Positions 17,466-27,071 of a stretch of 64,000 nucleotides of DNA are shown here, piece after piece. Made by a program: the position numbers and the translations under genes. The stretch's first letter is position 1; every line of letters begins with the position of its first letter. This DNA comes from Treponemataceae bacterium (GTDB lineage: Bacteria > Spirochaetota > Spirochaetia > Treponematales > Rectinemataceae), in contig CAXXGJ010000038.1 in NCBI GenBank assembly GCA_963677895.2, positions 96,001 to 160,000 of the forward strand, written 5' to 3'. The notes under the pieces were generated by a model. It saw nothing but the letters and a program-made list of their open reading frames with translations. It ran no database searches and was not told where the DNA came from.

Positions 17466-20400
17466 TCAGCTGCAGCCTGTCGTGGAACCGCAGGTTTCGC
17501 ACTTGAGGCAGGTGCCGTTACGCACGAGCGTGAGGTTGCCGCATGCGGGGCAGGGGTCACCCTCATAGCCTTTCTGCCTTGCCGTGCGCATGGACTTGAT
17601 CGCAGGACTGAGGGAGGTGGCCTGCGACGGAGGCAGTTCTTTTCGGGAAGGCGTGAACGAAGGGCTCGCGACGGGCGAGGATACGATGGTCTGCACGGGC
17701 TTGGAAGGGTGATTGGAGCGGCCGTTCTCGAATGCCGACTTATGCTCGTTGTCGCTGGACTTGGACTGCATCGCCGTCGAAACGAGGTCTTCGGGCTTTA
17801 TCTGACCCAGTTCGTGTCGGTTCTGATAGGAAATGGCCAGATCCCTGAAAATATAATCCAGGACGCTGGTGGCCATCTTGATGTAATCGTGGCCCTGCAC
17901 GACGCCGTTGGGCTCGAACTTGGTGAAGGTGAAGGCGTCTATGTATTCTTCGAGGGGGACTCCGTATTGGAGACCCAACGATACGGCGATCGCGAAGGAA
18001 TTCAGGATGCTCCGGAAAGCGGCGCCTTCCTTGTGCATATCGAGGAATATCTCGCCCACGCTTCCATCCTCGTACTCTCCCGTGCGGAGGAATACGGAAT
18101 GTCCCGCGATCTTGGCCTTCTGCGTATAGCCTTTTCTGCGGTTGGGCAGGGATTTTCGCAAGCCTCGCGGCGATTGGGGCATGCCTGGCAGCTCCGGCTC
18201 CATCATGGATTTTTCGGGAACGGACTGCGTGATCTCGGCGGCGTCTTCATTCTCTTCCAGGGATCCTGTCTGCAGGGCGACGATGGAGTCCGCTATCATG
18301 TCGACGCCGGGCGACAGCGCGGAGAGCGGCTGCGAGAGCTTGGAGCCGTCCCGATAGAGGGCGATGGACTTCAGCATGGCTTTCCACGCGAGCATGTAGG
18401 CGGCTTTGACCTCTTCGCTGGAGACGGTGTTGGGCATATTGATCGTCTTGGAGATGGCTCCGGTGACGAAGGGCTGCACGGCCGACATCATGGCGATGTG
18501 CGCCTTCCAGTCTATGCTGCGAGTCCCTTTCTTCCCCGAAGGCGTCGCGGTGTCGAATACGGACAGATCCTCTTCCTTGAGGCCGGGAGCGCCTTCCAGG
18601 CCCATGGTTCCGCAGGAGAAAAGCTCGGCTCTCTCAATTTCCTCGGGACTGTAGCCGAGCCAGACGAGAAGGCTGAAGGAGGGATCGCCGTATTCACTCT
18701 CCGAAACGCCGAGGGAAGACATGGCCTCGGCGCCGAGGAGGTGGGGCGAGAAACAGCTTTCCAGGGAGAAAGCGCTCTTGAGGGCGGATTCGATCTTGGC
18801 GATGCTTTCATCTCCCAGTCCCTTTTCCTTGAGCGCCTGGATGGAGATGTCGGGCGAACCCTCGAGGGTTTCTGAACCGAGCGCGTACTGGAGGATACTT
18901 TCGATCGAGGCTTTGTCGTATCCCAGAGCGTGGAGAGCGGGAGGAACGCTTGAGTTGATGATCTTGAAGTACCCGCCGCCGGCGAGTTTCTTGAACTTCA
19001 CGAGGGCGAAGTCGGGTTCGACGCCGGTCGTGTCGCAGTCCATGAGGAGACCAATGGTCCCGGTGGGCGCTATGGCCGTGACCTGGGCGTTCCGGTATCC
19101 GTGTTTCTGTCCGAGGGCGAGGGCATCGTCCCAGGATTCGCGGGCCGCCGCCACGAGATTGCCGGGGCAGGCCCATTCCTTGAGCCCCATGGGCGTTATC
19201 GTCAGTTTTTCATATTCTTCGGGCTTGGCGTCGTAGGCGGCCCGTCTGTGGTTGCGGACCACCCTGAGCATGATGTCCTTGTTGTTGTCGTAGCGGGCGA
19301 AGCTGCCCCATTCTGACGCCATGCGGGCGGACTGGGCGTAAGCCTCGCCGGTGAGTATGGCGGAGAGCGCCGCCGCCACCGCGCGGCCTTCGTCGGAATC
19401 GTAGGCGAGGCCCATGACCATGAGAAGGCTGCCGAGATTGGCGTAGCCCAGGCCGAGTGTCCGGTAGTCGATGCTTCGGCGCGCGATTTCCTTGGAGGGA
19501 AACTGGGCCATGACGACGGAAATTTCCAGCACCGTGGTCCAGAGCCTGATGGCGTGCCTGTAGGAATCGTCGTCGAAAGTTTCAGTCTTGGCGTCGTAGA
19601 ATCTGAGGAGGTTGAGCGACGCGAGGTTGCATGCCGTATCGTCGAGGAACATGTATTCGGAGCAGGGATTGGAAGCTTTTATCTCACCGTCGTTCAGGCA
19701 GGTATGCCATTCGTTCACCGTGCTGTGGAACTGAAGCCCCGGATCGGCGCATTGCCACGCGGCTCTCGCTATGTCGTTCCAGAGTTTTCTGGCCTTTATC
19801 GTCTTCATGACCTTGTCGGTCGTGCGGGCCTTGAGATTCCAGTCCGCGTCGTCCATGACCGCTTTCATGAAAGCGTTGTCCACGCGCACGGAATTGTTGG
19901 ACGATTGGCCTGATACCGTATTGTAAGCCTCGGATTCCCAGGCGGTGTCGTACTGGGCCAGAGGGATCAGCTCTCCCGTTTGGTGGTACATGGAGAGGAC
20001 CTGGTGAATCCATGCCGAGGGTATGCCCGCCACCAGGGCTTCCTTGACGGATTTCCGCAGGGCTGAGTTTTCGGCGAACGAGAAGGAGGCTTCGCGGGGC
20101 AACCCCGAGTTTTCGACAGACGCTATCATGGAGTCGGCGTAGCGGCGCAGGACGGCGCTTCCCGCGGCGAGGCAGGCTACTTTATATTCCTCTTCGGCCT
20201 TCCACGCCACATAGGGCTCTATATCGGGGTGATCGGCGTCGAGAATCACCATCTTGGCCGCCCTTCTCGTCGTTCCTCCCGACTTGACCGCGGCCGCGGA
20301 GCGATCCGCTATCTTGAGGAAGGAAAGGAGTCCCGAGGAAACTCCGCCGCCGGAGAGGTTCTCCTGCGCGGCCCTGATCTTGGAGAAGTTGGAGCCCGTT

Positions 20401-21062
20401 CCGGAGCCGTACTTGAAGAGCCTAGCCTCCCTCGTGATGAGGTCCATTATGCCGCCCTCGTTGACGAGGTCATCCTTGATATCCAGGATGAAACAGGCGT
20501 GGGGCTGGGGTCGGGCATAGGCGGATTCCGATTTGACCACCTCGTTGGTTTCGGGATTCACGTAGAAATGGCCTTGGGGCGGTCCCTCGATTCCATAAAC
20601 CGCGTTGAGTCCGGTGTTGAACCACTGCGGGCTGTTCGGGGCGGCCAGCTGGTGCGCCAGCATATAGACGAGTTCGTCGTAGAATGCTTTCTCATCCTCG
20701 TCTGAATCGAAATACCCGGCTTCCTTTCCCCAGAGGCACCAGGTATAGGCCAGCCGGTGAAAAACCTGGCGGGCGTCATGCTCGGAGCCGGGAACCGGAC
20801 TGTCCGAGGAGTTTGCCGTCTGGGATTCGGGCACGAACTGCGTCCACTTACGCGCGGTCTCGGTCGAAACGCCCGCCTTCCTGAAATATTTCTGGGCCAG
20901 GATATCGGTCGCGATCTGGCTCCAGGAAGACGGCACGACGACGGAGTCCATATGGAACACGATCTTGCCGTTCGGATTTCGTATCTCGCTGGTCCTGCTT
21001 TCCCATTCGATTCCCTCATATGGACCGCTGTCTTTTTTTGTAAATTTTCTCTCGAATTTCAT
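17466..21062 (-). CDS. nrdJ: Class II adenosylcobalamin-dependent ribonucleotide reductase
   Basis: [52 protein letters not shown]-terminal CPAC...CETC; GGAGG RBS. Confidence 0.96.
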   Translation of the reverse strand: MKFERKFTKKDSGPYEGIEWESRTSEIRNPNGKIVFHMDSVVVPSSWSQIATDILAQKYFRKAGVSTETARKWTQFVPESQTANSSDSPVPGSEHDARQVFHRLAYTWCLWGKEAGYFDSDEDEKAFYDELVYMLAHQLAAPNSPQWFNTGLNAVYGIEGPPQGHFYVNPETNEVVKSESAYARPQPHACFILDIKDDLVNEGGIMDLITREARLFKYGSGTGSNFSKIRAAQENLSGGGVSSGLLSFLKIADRSAAAVKSGGTTRRAAKMVILDADHPDIEPYVAWKAEEEYKVACLAAGSAVLRRYADSMIASVENSGLPREASFSFAENSALRKSVKEALVAGIPSAWIHQVLSMYHQTGELIPLAQYDTAWESEAYNTVSGQSSNNSVRVDNAFMKAVMDDADWNLKARTTDKVMKTIKARKLWNDIARAAWQCADPGLQFHSTVNEWHTCLNDGEIKASNPCSEYMFLDDTACNLASLNLLRFYDAKTETFDDDSYRHAIRLWTTVLEISVVMAQFPSKEIARRSIDYRTLGLGYANLGSLLMVMGLAYDSDEGRAVAAALSAILTGEAYAQSARMASEWGSFARYDNNKDIMLRVVRNHRRAAYDAKPEEYEKLTITPMGLKEWACPGNLVAAARESWDDALALGQKHGYRNAQVTAIAPTGTIGLLMDCDTTGVEPDFALVKFKKLAGGGYFKIINSSVPPALHALGYDKASIESILQYALGSETLEGSPDISIQALKEKGLGDESIAKIESALKSAFSLESCFSPHLLGAEAMSSLGVSESEYGDPSFSLLVWLGYSPEEIERAELFSCGTMGLEGAPGLKEEDLSVFDTATPSGKKGTRSIDWKAHIAMMSAVQPFVTGAISKTINMPNTVSSEEVKAAYMLAWKAMLKSIALYRDGSKLSQPLSALSPGVDMIADSIVALQTGSLEENEDAAEITQSVPEKSMMEPELPGMPQSPRGLRKSLPNRRKGYTQKAKIAGHSVFLRTGEYEDGSVGEIFLDMHKEGAAFRSILNSFAIAVSLGLQYGVPLEEYIDAFTFTKFEPNGVVQGHDYIKMATSVLDYIFRDLAISYQNRHELGQIKPEDLVSTAMQSKSSDNEHKSAFENGRSNHPSKPVQTIVSSPVASPSFTPSRKELPPSQATSLSPAIKSMRTARQKGYEGDPCPACGNLTLVRNGTCLKCETCGSTTGCS

Positions 21063-21127
21063 CCTATTCCTCCACATATCAGCACATAACAGCTATCGTA
21101 CGTGTAAATTCCGACTTTTTGATTTTT

Positions 21128-21174
21128 GTACAATCTGTAACGGCATAACAAAACACCACTACAACATATAGTGG
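21128..21174. promoter_or_regulatory. Tandem NrdR boxes
   Basis: CTACAACATATAGTGG (21159-21174) is a strong match to acaCwAtATaTwGtgt; weaker GTACAATCTGTAACGG lies 31 bp away, upstream of nrdJ. Confidence 0.75.
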
Positions 21175-21279
21175 TGTTCTCTATACGCTGTCCAACTTAT
21201 AATCAATATTCCGCGTGAATGCAATAGGCTTAACGTAAAATAGTAAGTCCGCGGCAAAAATATTCCGATAGGAGAGCAT

Positions 21280-22290
21280 ATGATAAACGGAAAGCGCGCT
21301 TCGCTCCTCATATTCGCGATTTTCCTGTCATCGTGCGCCTATGCCCTGGATGCCACGACGCTCCTGGATTTCGGAAAGAAGTCGAAGGCAGAGATTTCCT
21401 TCGACCCGCTGACGTCCAGCGGGTTCATCGAGCAGAACGGCAGCTTCGTGTCTTTCGTCGTGGATCAACCTTTCATCGTCCTGGATTGGAAAAATCTGAA
21501 GCGTGTGGAGGCGCCTTATCTTTCGGGTGAAAAACTGATGCTTCCCGCCGCATTCGCCAGGGAAGTCACGGATTATTTTTCGATGAAAAACGCCCCGAAG
21601 AAGGAAAAATACTCAGTGGCCACCATTCTCGTCGACCCTGGACATGGGGGCAAGGATACGGGGGCGATAGGCGAGGTGGGGGAACTCAGGCTGCTGGAGA
21701 AGGATCTGACCCTGGAAGTCTCAAAACGTGTGGTTGAGCTCCTCAGAAACAGTTATCCGGACAGGAACATCATCATAACGAGGGAAGGGGACAGCTATCC
21801 CACCCTGGACGACAGGGTGGCCATGGCGAATTCCGCGGGGCTGAAGAACGACGAAGCCGTAATCTATATTTCAATCCACGCTAACGCTTCTTTCAACAAG
21901 AACGCGAAGGGTTTCGAGGTCTGGTACCTCAACCCCGAATACAGGAGGACGGTCGTCGACGCGAACACGGTGAAGGAGAAGGGGACGGAGATAGCGCCCA
22001 TTCTCAACGCGATGCTCGAAGAGGAGTTTACGACCGAGAGTATAATCCTAGCGCGAAAGGTATACGACAGGCTGGGGTTGGCGATCGGCAAGCAGAGCCC
22101 CGGAAGAGGGATAAGAGCCGAGGAGTGGTTTGTCGTCCGCAACGCCAAAATGCCGTCCATACTCATTGAGATGGGATTCATCACTCATCCCGACGAGGGG
22201 GCCCTTCTCGCCGGTTCCGGGTACTTGAGGAAGATCGGAGATGCGATCTACAATGGCATCGTCGATTTCATAGATCATTTCGAAGGGTAA
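21280..22290 (+). CDS. N-acetylmuramoyl-L-alanine amidase (Amidase_3)
   Basis: Signal peptide; DPGHGGKD, EKD, SIHAN, PSILIEMGF. Confidence 0.93.
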   Translation: MINGKRASLLIFAIFLSSCAYALDATTLLDFGKKSKAEISFDPLTSSGFIEQNGSFVSFVVDQPFIVLDWKNLKRVEAPYLSGEKLMLPAAFAREVTDYFSMKNAPKKEKYSVATILVDPGHGGKDTGAIGEVGELRLLEKDLTLEVSKRVVELLRNSYPDRNIIITREGDSYPTLDDRVAMANSAGLKNDEAVIYISIHANASFNKNAKGFEVWYLNPEYRRTVVDANTVKEKGTEIAPILNAMLEEEFTTESIILARKVYDRLGLAIGKQSPGRGIRAEEWFVVRNAKMPSILIEMGFITHPDEGALLAGSGYLRKIGDAIYNGIVDFIDHFEG

Positions 22291-22295
22291 ATCCA

Positions 22296-22751
22296 TTGAG
22301 TGAAAGCGCTTCAAGGCCGGGTCGCCCTCGCGGCTGGCTGTTCGTCATTCCCGCCATCGTAATACTCGCCCTCATCCTCAACGGGCTCAATCCCGCCGCC
22401 CGTCGCGCACGCCTCTACTTCCTCGATGCGCACAGGACCAAGCTCTCGGTAGAAACGAGAAACCTCTCCCTGGTGGGATCCCTGGAAGAACGTTCGAAGC
22501 GAGTGCTCGAGGAACTTATGCTGGGGCCGATCGGTTATTCGCTTCAGCCTCTTTTCAAGCAGGACGCCCGATTGGGCGCCGTCATGCATCGCGGCAATCG
22601 ACTCATCGTGGAACTGACGATACCCGATCCGGCGGGGCTCGATGTTTCCTTCAGGCTCATTAGGTCGGCTTTTGAAAAAACGATAGCGGAGTCGGTGCCG
22701 GGCGCCGGAGTCCTCGAACTCTATGTCAACGGAAACCTGGCCATCCGCTGA
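22296..22751 (+). CDS. Membrane-anchored GerMN-like protein
   Basis: N-terminal TM, LYF, EELMLGP, LYVNG; coupled to the amidase. Confidence 0.6.
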   Translation: MSESASRPGRPRGWLFVIPAIVILALILNGLNPAARRARLYFLDAHRTKLSVETRNLSLVGSLEERSKRVLEELMLGPIGYSLQPLFKQDARLGAVMHRGNRLIVELTIPDPAGLDVSFRLIRSAFEKTIAESVPGAGVLELYVNGNLAIR

Positions 22752-22813
22752 ACTGAACTCGCAGACATGAGATTTCGTTTCTCTATTCGTGGATTCGGTG
22801 ATATATTCCCAGT

Positions 22814-24208
22814 ATGCCTATGGAACAGTCAGTGCTCGTCATTCCGGACAAGGCTAAACTCTCAACGCAGTACGCCGATTCCAAACCTCGCTACGAGGAA
22901 GCCCTGTCGAGCTTTCTCTCGATGGTCGAGTCGGTGCTTTCCAATAACGGCCTGAAACCGACGCTGAAAGGGCGGGTCAAGGAATTCGATTCCTATTACG
23001 CCAAGAAGCTGCGGCTGCTCAAGAAAGCCTGGACGGAAAAGGCAGGCACCCTGCCCGTGAACGACGTCATCGCCATCCGCGTCATCTGCCCTTTTCTCGG
23101 CGATCTGGCCAAGGCGGAAAAGATACTGTCTGAGCGTTTTTCAGTCGAGGAAATAGAGCGAAAGGGAGCGGAACGATCCTTCCGCGAATTCGGCTATGAA
23201 TCCATCCATCTCCTCGTGCGGATTCCCGAGGAGATCATGCCGCTCTGCCCGCATATCGAACGCCATGTCATCGAAATCCAGCTTAGGACCATACTTCAGG
23301 AAGCCTGGGCGGAGGTGGAGCACGAGCTCGTCTACAAGGCCGAGTTCACCCCTTTTGACGAACCCATGAGGAGAAAACTCGCGGCGCTCAACGCCAACCT
23401 CACGCTCTCGGATATAATCTTCCAGGAGATTCTCGAGTTCGAGAAGCGGCTCAACGCCGAGCTTGGACATCGAAGAGAGGTTTTTTACCGAAAAATCGAG
23501 GAAGTGGCCGATGCGCCCGAATCCGGAGCGGGGGATGAGGTCCGGAAGGCCGGCGAGGCTGATTCCGGCACGCTGCCCGGAGACGCGTTGCCCGGAAGCC
23601 CCGGAGACGTGCCGCCAGGAGGCCCCGTGGATGCGTCGCCCAAGGCGTCGCGACCCGAGGACCAGCTCCCCGACGGACCCTTCGGAGGATCGGCGGGCAA
23701 ACACGATATGGACGGCTATGGGAACTTCGGGATGGACGGCCTGCTTCTCGCGGCTCTCGAGGCGCACAACAAGGCCGATTTTGACAAGGCGGTGCGCATC
23801 TACAGCACCATCGTCGCCGAGAAACCGGACAGGGAGATAGCCTCGGTCGTCTACAAACACAGAGGCATGGCCTATTTCGCCCAGTCCAGATATCACGAAG
23901 CCCTCCAGGATTTCAGCTCCTGCCTGACCTTGGATCCCGAATGCTACAAGGCGCTCTATTATCGCGGCGTCGTGAAAAGCGTCCTTGAGGATTTTCTCGG
24001 CGCCGCTGAAGATTTCTCGGCGGCGCTGCAGATTCATCCTTATCACTTCTTCTCGCGGTACAGAAGGGCCCTCTGTTATTTCAAGATGGGCGACACGGCC
24101 ACCGCCCATGCCGACTGCGAAGTAGCGCTCAGGATAGAGCCCGAAAACGCGCTGGCGCTGCATCTCTTCGCGAAAATAAAGGAAAAACTGGCGCTCGAGG
24201 ATTTCTAG
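22814..24208 (+). CDS. RelA/SpoT synthetase-domain protein (small alarmone synthetase) with C-terminal TPRs
   Basis: GRVK, DVIAIRVI, GYESIH, EIQLRTILQEAWAEVEHELVYK; TPR repeats after a Gly/Pro-rich linker. Confidence 0.88.
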   Translation: MPMEQSVLVIPDKAKLSTQYADSKPRYEEALSSFLSMVESVLSNNGLKPTLKGRVKEFDSYYAKKLRLLKKAWTEKAGTLPVNDVIAIRVICPFLGDLAKAEKILSERFSVEEIERKGAERSFREFGYESIHLLVRIPEEIMPLCPHIERHVIEIQLRTILQEAWAEVEHELVYKAEFTPFDEPMRRKLAALNANLTLSDIIFQEILEFEKRLNAELGHRREVFYRKIEEVADAPESGAGDEVRKAGEADSGTLPGDALPGSPGDVPPGGPVDASPKASRPEDQLPDGPFGGSAGKHDMDGYGNFGMDGLLLAALEAHNKADFDKAVRIYSTIVAEKPDREIASVVYKHRGMAYFAQSRYHEALQDFSSCLTLDPECYKALYYRGVVKSVLEDFLGAAEDFSAALQIHPYHFFSRYRRALCYFKMGDTATAHADCEVALRIEPENALALHLFAKIKEKLALEDF

Positions 24209-24290
24209 GAACAGCGAGGATATTGACAAGGGGAGCCATTTCTTGGTAGCTTGCACCCCGGACGCGGAGACGCGAGTTTTCGCGGTATTG

Positions 24291-24362
24291 GTCCCCATCG
24301 TCTAGCGGTCAGGACAGCGGGTTTTCATCCCGCCAACAGGGGTTCGATTCCCCTTGGGGATA
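24291..24362 (+). tRNA. tRNA-Glu(TTC)
   Basis: GTCCCCA/TGGGGAT acceptor, GCGGG-TT TTC AT-CCCGC, GTTCGATT; TTGACA-N18-TAGCTT upstream. Confidence 0.95.
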
Positions 24363-24364
24363 AC

Positions 24365-24415
24365 AGCGATCGGCAATGCAGTTGCGGAGCAACGGCAAGC
24401 CGGTCGCTTTTTTTT
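24365..24415 (+). terminator. Terminator after tRNA-Glu
   Basis: AGCGATCGGC...GCCGGTCGCT followed by a T-run. Confidence 0.7.
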
Positions 24416-24509
24416 AGCCCTGCCATTTGAAGCTTATGTGCGTTGCCGCACAGATCATCGCAAAACCCCGGAGTATCCTTGTTTTGAAGACTCGCAAAAG
24501 GAGCATGGT

Positions 24510-24878
24510 ATGAATGAAAACAAGGAACGACAAGGGCCTGAAGATTCGAAAAACAGAAAGTCATTTTCTTTCAGCCGGATATCCAGCTTGAAAAGACCTT
24601 ACGAATATCTTTTGACGTCCAAACTGGTTCGCGCCTCCAAGCCGATCCTTAGCGCCGGCGTTGTCGTCTAGGGAAGTCTGCACATGGAAAATCAATACGC
24701 CTTGATTACGAACATAGGCATCGCGGCTTTCGCCTCTGCCATGAGCCTATGGCTCTGGATCTTCTCCAAGGCTATTAAAAAAGGAACGACGCCAAGTCAA
24801 GCTCTAAGGTATGTGCGCCACCGAACAGATAAAGCCGCGACTTCTTCTTATATTTATATCGAGACGAAAGAATCATGA
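24510..24878 (+). pseudogene. Small membrane-protein ORF interrupted by an in-frame TAG (24669-24671)
   Basis: AAGGAG RBS before ATG 24510; the same frame continues through TAG into ORF 24684..24878; hydrophobic segments on both sides. Confidence 0.4.
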
Positions 24879-24967
24879 GGCTTTGACGCCAGCGCTACAT
24901 CATCGCGACCGCGCACAACGGTTCTGCGCGAAGCATGCCGCTCCGGAAAGCCTCCAAGGAAAGAAAA

Positions 24968-25312
24968 ATGGTTCGCATAATTGTTAGCGTTGTCCTGTTA
25001 GTTCTTCTCGCGGCCCTTGTTACATTGAATCTCGGGTTCACAACCTCGGTCGATCTATTGGGAATTCGTCGTATGGAAAACGTTTCCATCGTAGCGGTAA
25101 GCGCCCTGAGCTTCGCCTTTGGCATCGTCTATTCCCTGTTCATCTACTTTGGAAGCTATCGTCACGGCAAGGCCAAAAGGCTTTTGGCTGACAAGGTGCG
25201 AAGCATTAGGGAACGAGGGAAACAGCTCGACATTCGCGAGGCCGAGAAAGACAAAGTCGATGGGGCGGCGATTGCCAACGCGAAAACGCAGACCGCCATG
25301 CCTCTGGATTGA
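24968..25312 (+). CDS. LapA/DUF1049-like membrane protein
   Basis: Two TM segments separated by NLGFTTSVDLLG, basic coiled tail; AAGGA RBS. Confidence 0.6.
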   Translation: MVRIIVSVVLLVLLAALVTLNLGFTTSVDLLGIRRMENVSIVAVSALSFAFGIVYSLFIYFGSYRHGKAKRLLADKVRSIRERGKQLDIREAEKDKVDGAAIANAKTQTAMPLD

Positions 25313-25370
25313 TATGACCTGCGCTTTTGAATCGGTTCATACGTTTTAAGCAAAGAAAGGAGTCATCGTC

Positions 25371-25763
25371 ATGAATGGAAAATTGGATGTGGTGAAGGGC
25401 CGAATAAAGGAAGCAGCGGGCGTGCTGGTCGACAATAAGGAACTTCGCAACGAAGGCAAGGCGGATCAGGTAGCGGGCAAGGCAAAAGAGGTCGTTGAGG
25501 AGACCGTCCAGAAGATCAAGGAAGATGCCAGGAAGGTCATCAACCAGCAGACAATCACGAACTTCAACGGAAAAATGGACATAGCGAAAGGCCGAATCAA
25601 GGAAGCCGCAGGCGTATTGGCAGGCGACGAAGCGCTTCGCGTCGAAGGGAAGGCAGACCAGGTGGCCGGGAAGGCGAAGGAATTCGTCGAGACAACCGCC
25701 CAGAAAATCAGGGAAACCGCCCAGAAGACGATCGATCAGCTCAAAGACAAAGCCAAGCAATAA
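25371..25763 (+). CDS. CsbD-family stress protein with two tandem CsbD domains
   Basis: KGRIKEAAG...EGKADQVAGKAKE occurs twice; AAGGAG RBS. Confidence 0.88.
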   Translation: MNGKLDVVKGRIKEAAGVLVDNKELRNEGKADQVAGKAKEVVEETVQKIKEDARKVINQQTITNFNGKMDIAKGRIKEAAGVLAGDEALRVEGKADQVAGKAKEFVETTAQKIRETAQKTIDQLKDKAKQ

Positions 25764-25776
25764 TCGCTCAATCGAG

Positions 25777-25819
25777 AAAAACCCGCATGCCGCGCTCAGA
25801 GCCGGCATGCGGGTTTTTT
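25777..25819. terminator. Bidirectional terminator
   Basis: A5-CCCGCATGCCG...CGGCATGCGGG-T6. Confidence 0.85.
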
Positions 25820-25863
25820 AGCGTAAAGCATCATAAATCCGTTTTCATGCTCCAGAAAATCCT

Positions 25864-27057
25864 TCACGAGATGCCGAAATCCTCCAGCACATCCCTGTAT
25901 TTATAGACGAATCGTTCGGCCTTCCTGACGCTCTCCTCGATGAGAGGGCTTAGGCCCAATGCCCTATAGACCGCCGTCAAGTCCTTGAAAGAGGGCTTCA
26001 GAAGCGGATGCTTAGGCGAGAAGAGCACGCAGCAGTCTTCGTAGGGCAGGATGGAAATATCGAAGGTGCCGATTTTCTTGGCCATGTTGACGGTGTCTTC
26101 CTTGTCGATCCCGATGAGGGGGCGAAAAACAGGGTGGTTGGCGGGCGCTTCGGTTATGGCCATGTTTTCCACCGTCTGGCTCGCTACCTGCCCCAGGCTT
26201 TCCCCGGTGATGAGGGCGTCCGCGCCTATCTTGAAGGCGATGCTGTCGGCGGCTTCCATCATGGCTGATCTCAGCATTATCGTCGTCGCGTCTTCATTGG
26301 CGAGCTTTTTTATCTGGATTTGCACGTCGGTGAAGGGGACTACCCAAAGACGGATCGAGCCACACCAGGCCGCTATCCGCAGGGCGAGGTGTTCCACCTT
26401 CCGCTGCGCCTCGACCGAGGTGTAAGGATAGGCATGAAAGTAGACGCATTCGAGAGGGGCGCCGCGCTTGGCCATCATGTAGCCGGCCACTGGCGAATCG
26501 ATGCCTCCGGAGAGGAGGAGAAGTCCCTTGCCGCTCGTGCCCGAGGGCAGGCCGCGCGGTCCCGGCTCGGTGTGGCCGTAGACGTAGGCTCTTTCCCGGA
26601 TCTCTATATTGACGACGAAATCGGGTTCGTGGACGTCGACGGATAGGGCGGGAAATGTATCGAGAATCGCTTCGCCGGCCTTGGCGGACATCGCGTAGGA
26701 GCCCAGCGGGAAACTTTTGTCGGATCGGCGGGTTTCGACCTTGAAAACTTTATTGCCGGCCGCCAAGGCCTTGCCGGCGACGAGTCCCGCTGCCTCCAGG
26801 ATCGATTCTATGGTCTTGGGGCAGACGTATGCCTTCGAGTAGCCATTGAGGCCGGGGCAGCGGCTCAGGACGAATTCCGCGCGCTCGGTGTAGCGCTCGT
26901 CGACGGAGAGGAAAAAGCGGCCCGGGAATTCCTCGATTTTGCAGCCTACGTCGCCCATGCGCTTGTGCAGCTGCTGGATGAGACGTCGCGTGAATTCTTT
27001 CTGATTTTCTTTTTTAAGGAGTATTTCGCCCGGTTTTATGAGGAACAGCGTTTCCAT
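25864..27057 (-). CDS. thiI: tRNA 4-thiouridine synthase ThiI (no rhodanese domain)
   Basis: GEILLK, THUMP domain, LLSGGIDSPVA, TGESLGQVASQT, RPLIG, EDCC. Confidence 0.94.
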   Translation of the reverse strand: METLFLIKPGEILLKKENQKEFTRRLIQQLHKRMGDVGCKIEEFPGRFFLSVDERYTERAEFVLSRCPGLNGYSKAYVCPKTIESILEAAGLVAGKALAAGNKVFKVETRRSDKSFPLGSYAMSAKAGEAILDTFPALSVDVHEPDFVVNIEIRERAYVYGHTEPGPRGLPSGTSGKGLLLLSGGIDSPVAGYMMAKRGAPLECVYFHAYPYTSVEAQRKVEHLALRIAAWCGSIRLWVVPFTDVQIQIKKLANEDATTIMLRSAMMEAADSIAFKIGADALITGESLGQVASQTVENMAITEAPANHPVFRPLIGIDKEDTVNMAKKIGTFDISILPYEDCCVLFSPKHPLLKPSFKDLTAVYRALGLSPLIEESVRKAERFVYKYRDVLEDFGIS

Positions 27058-27071
27058 GATGCTGTGTTGTA

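Noticed and set aside
17466..21062. Intein or intron in the 1198-aa NrdJ
   Set aside because: No intein terminal motifs or homing endonuclease blocks seen; the length fits long fused class II RNRs, and the frame is continuous
24669..24671. Pyrrolysine codon
   Set aside because: No pyl genes or tRNA-Pyl in the window, and TAG ends normal genes here (arcA, SAS, dipeptidase)
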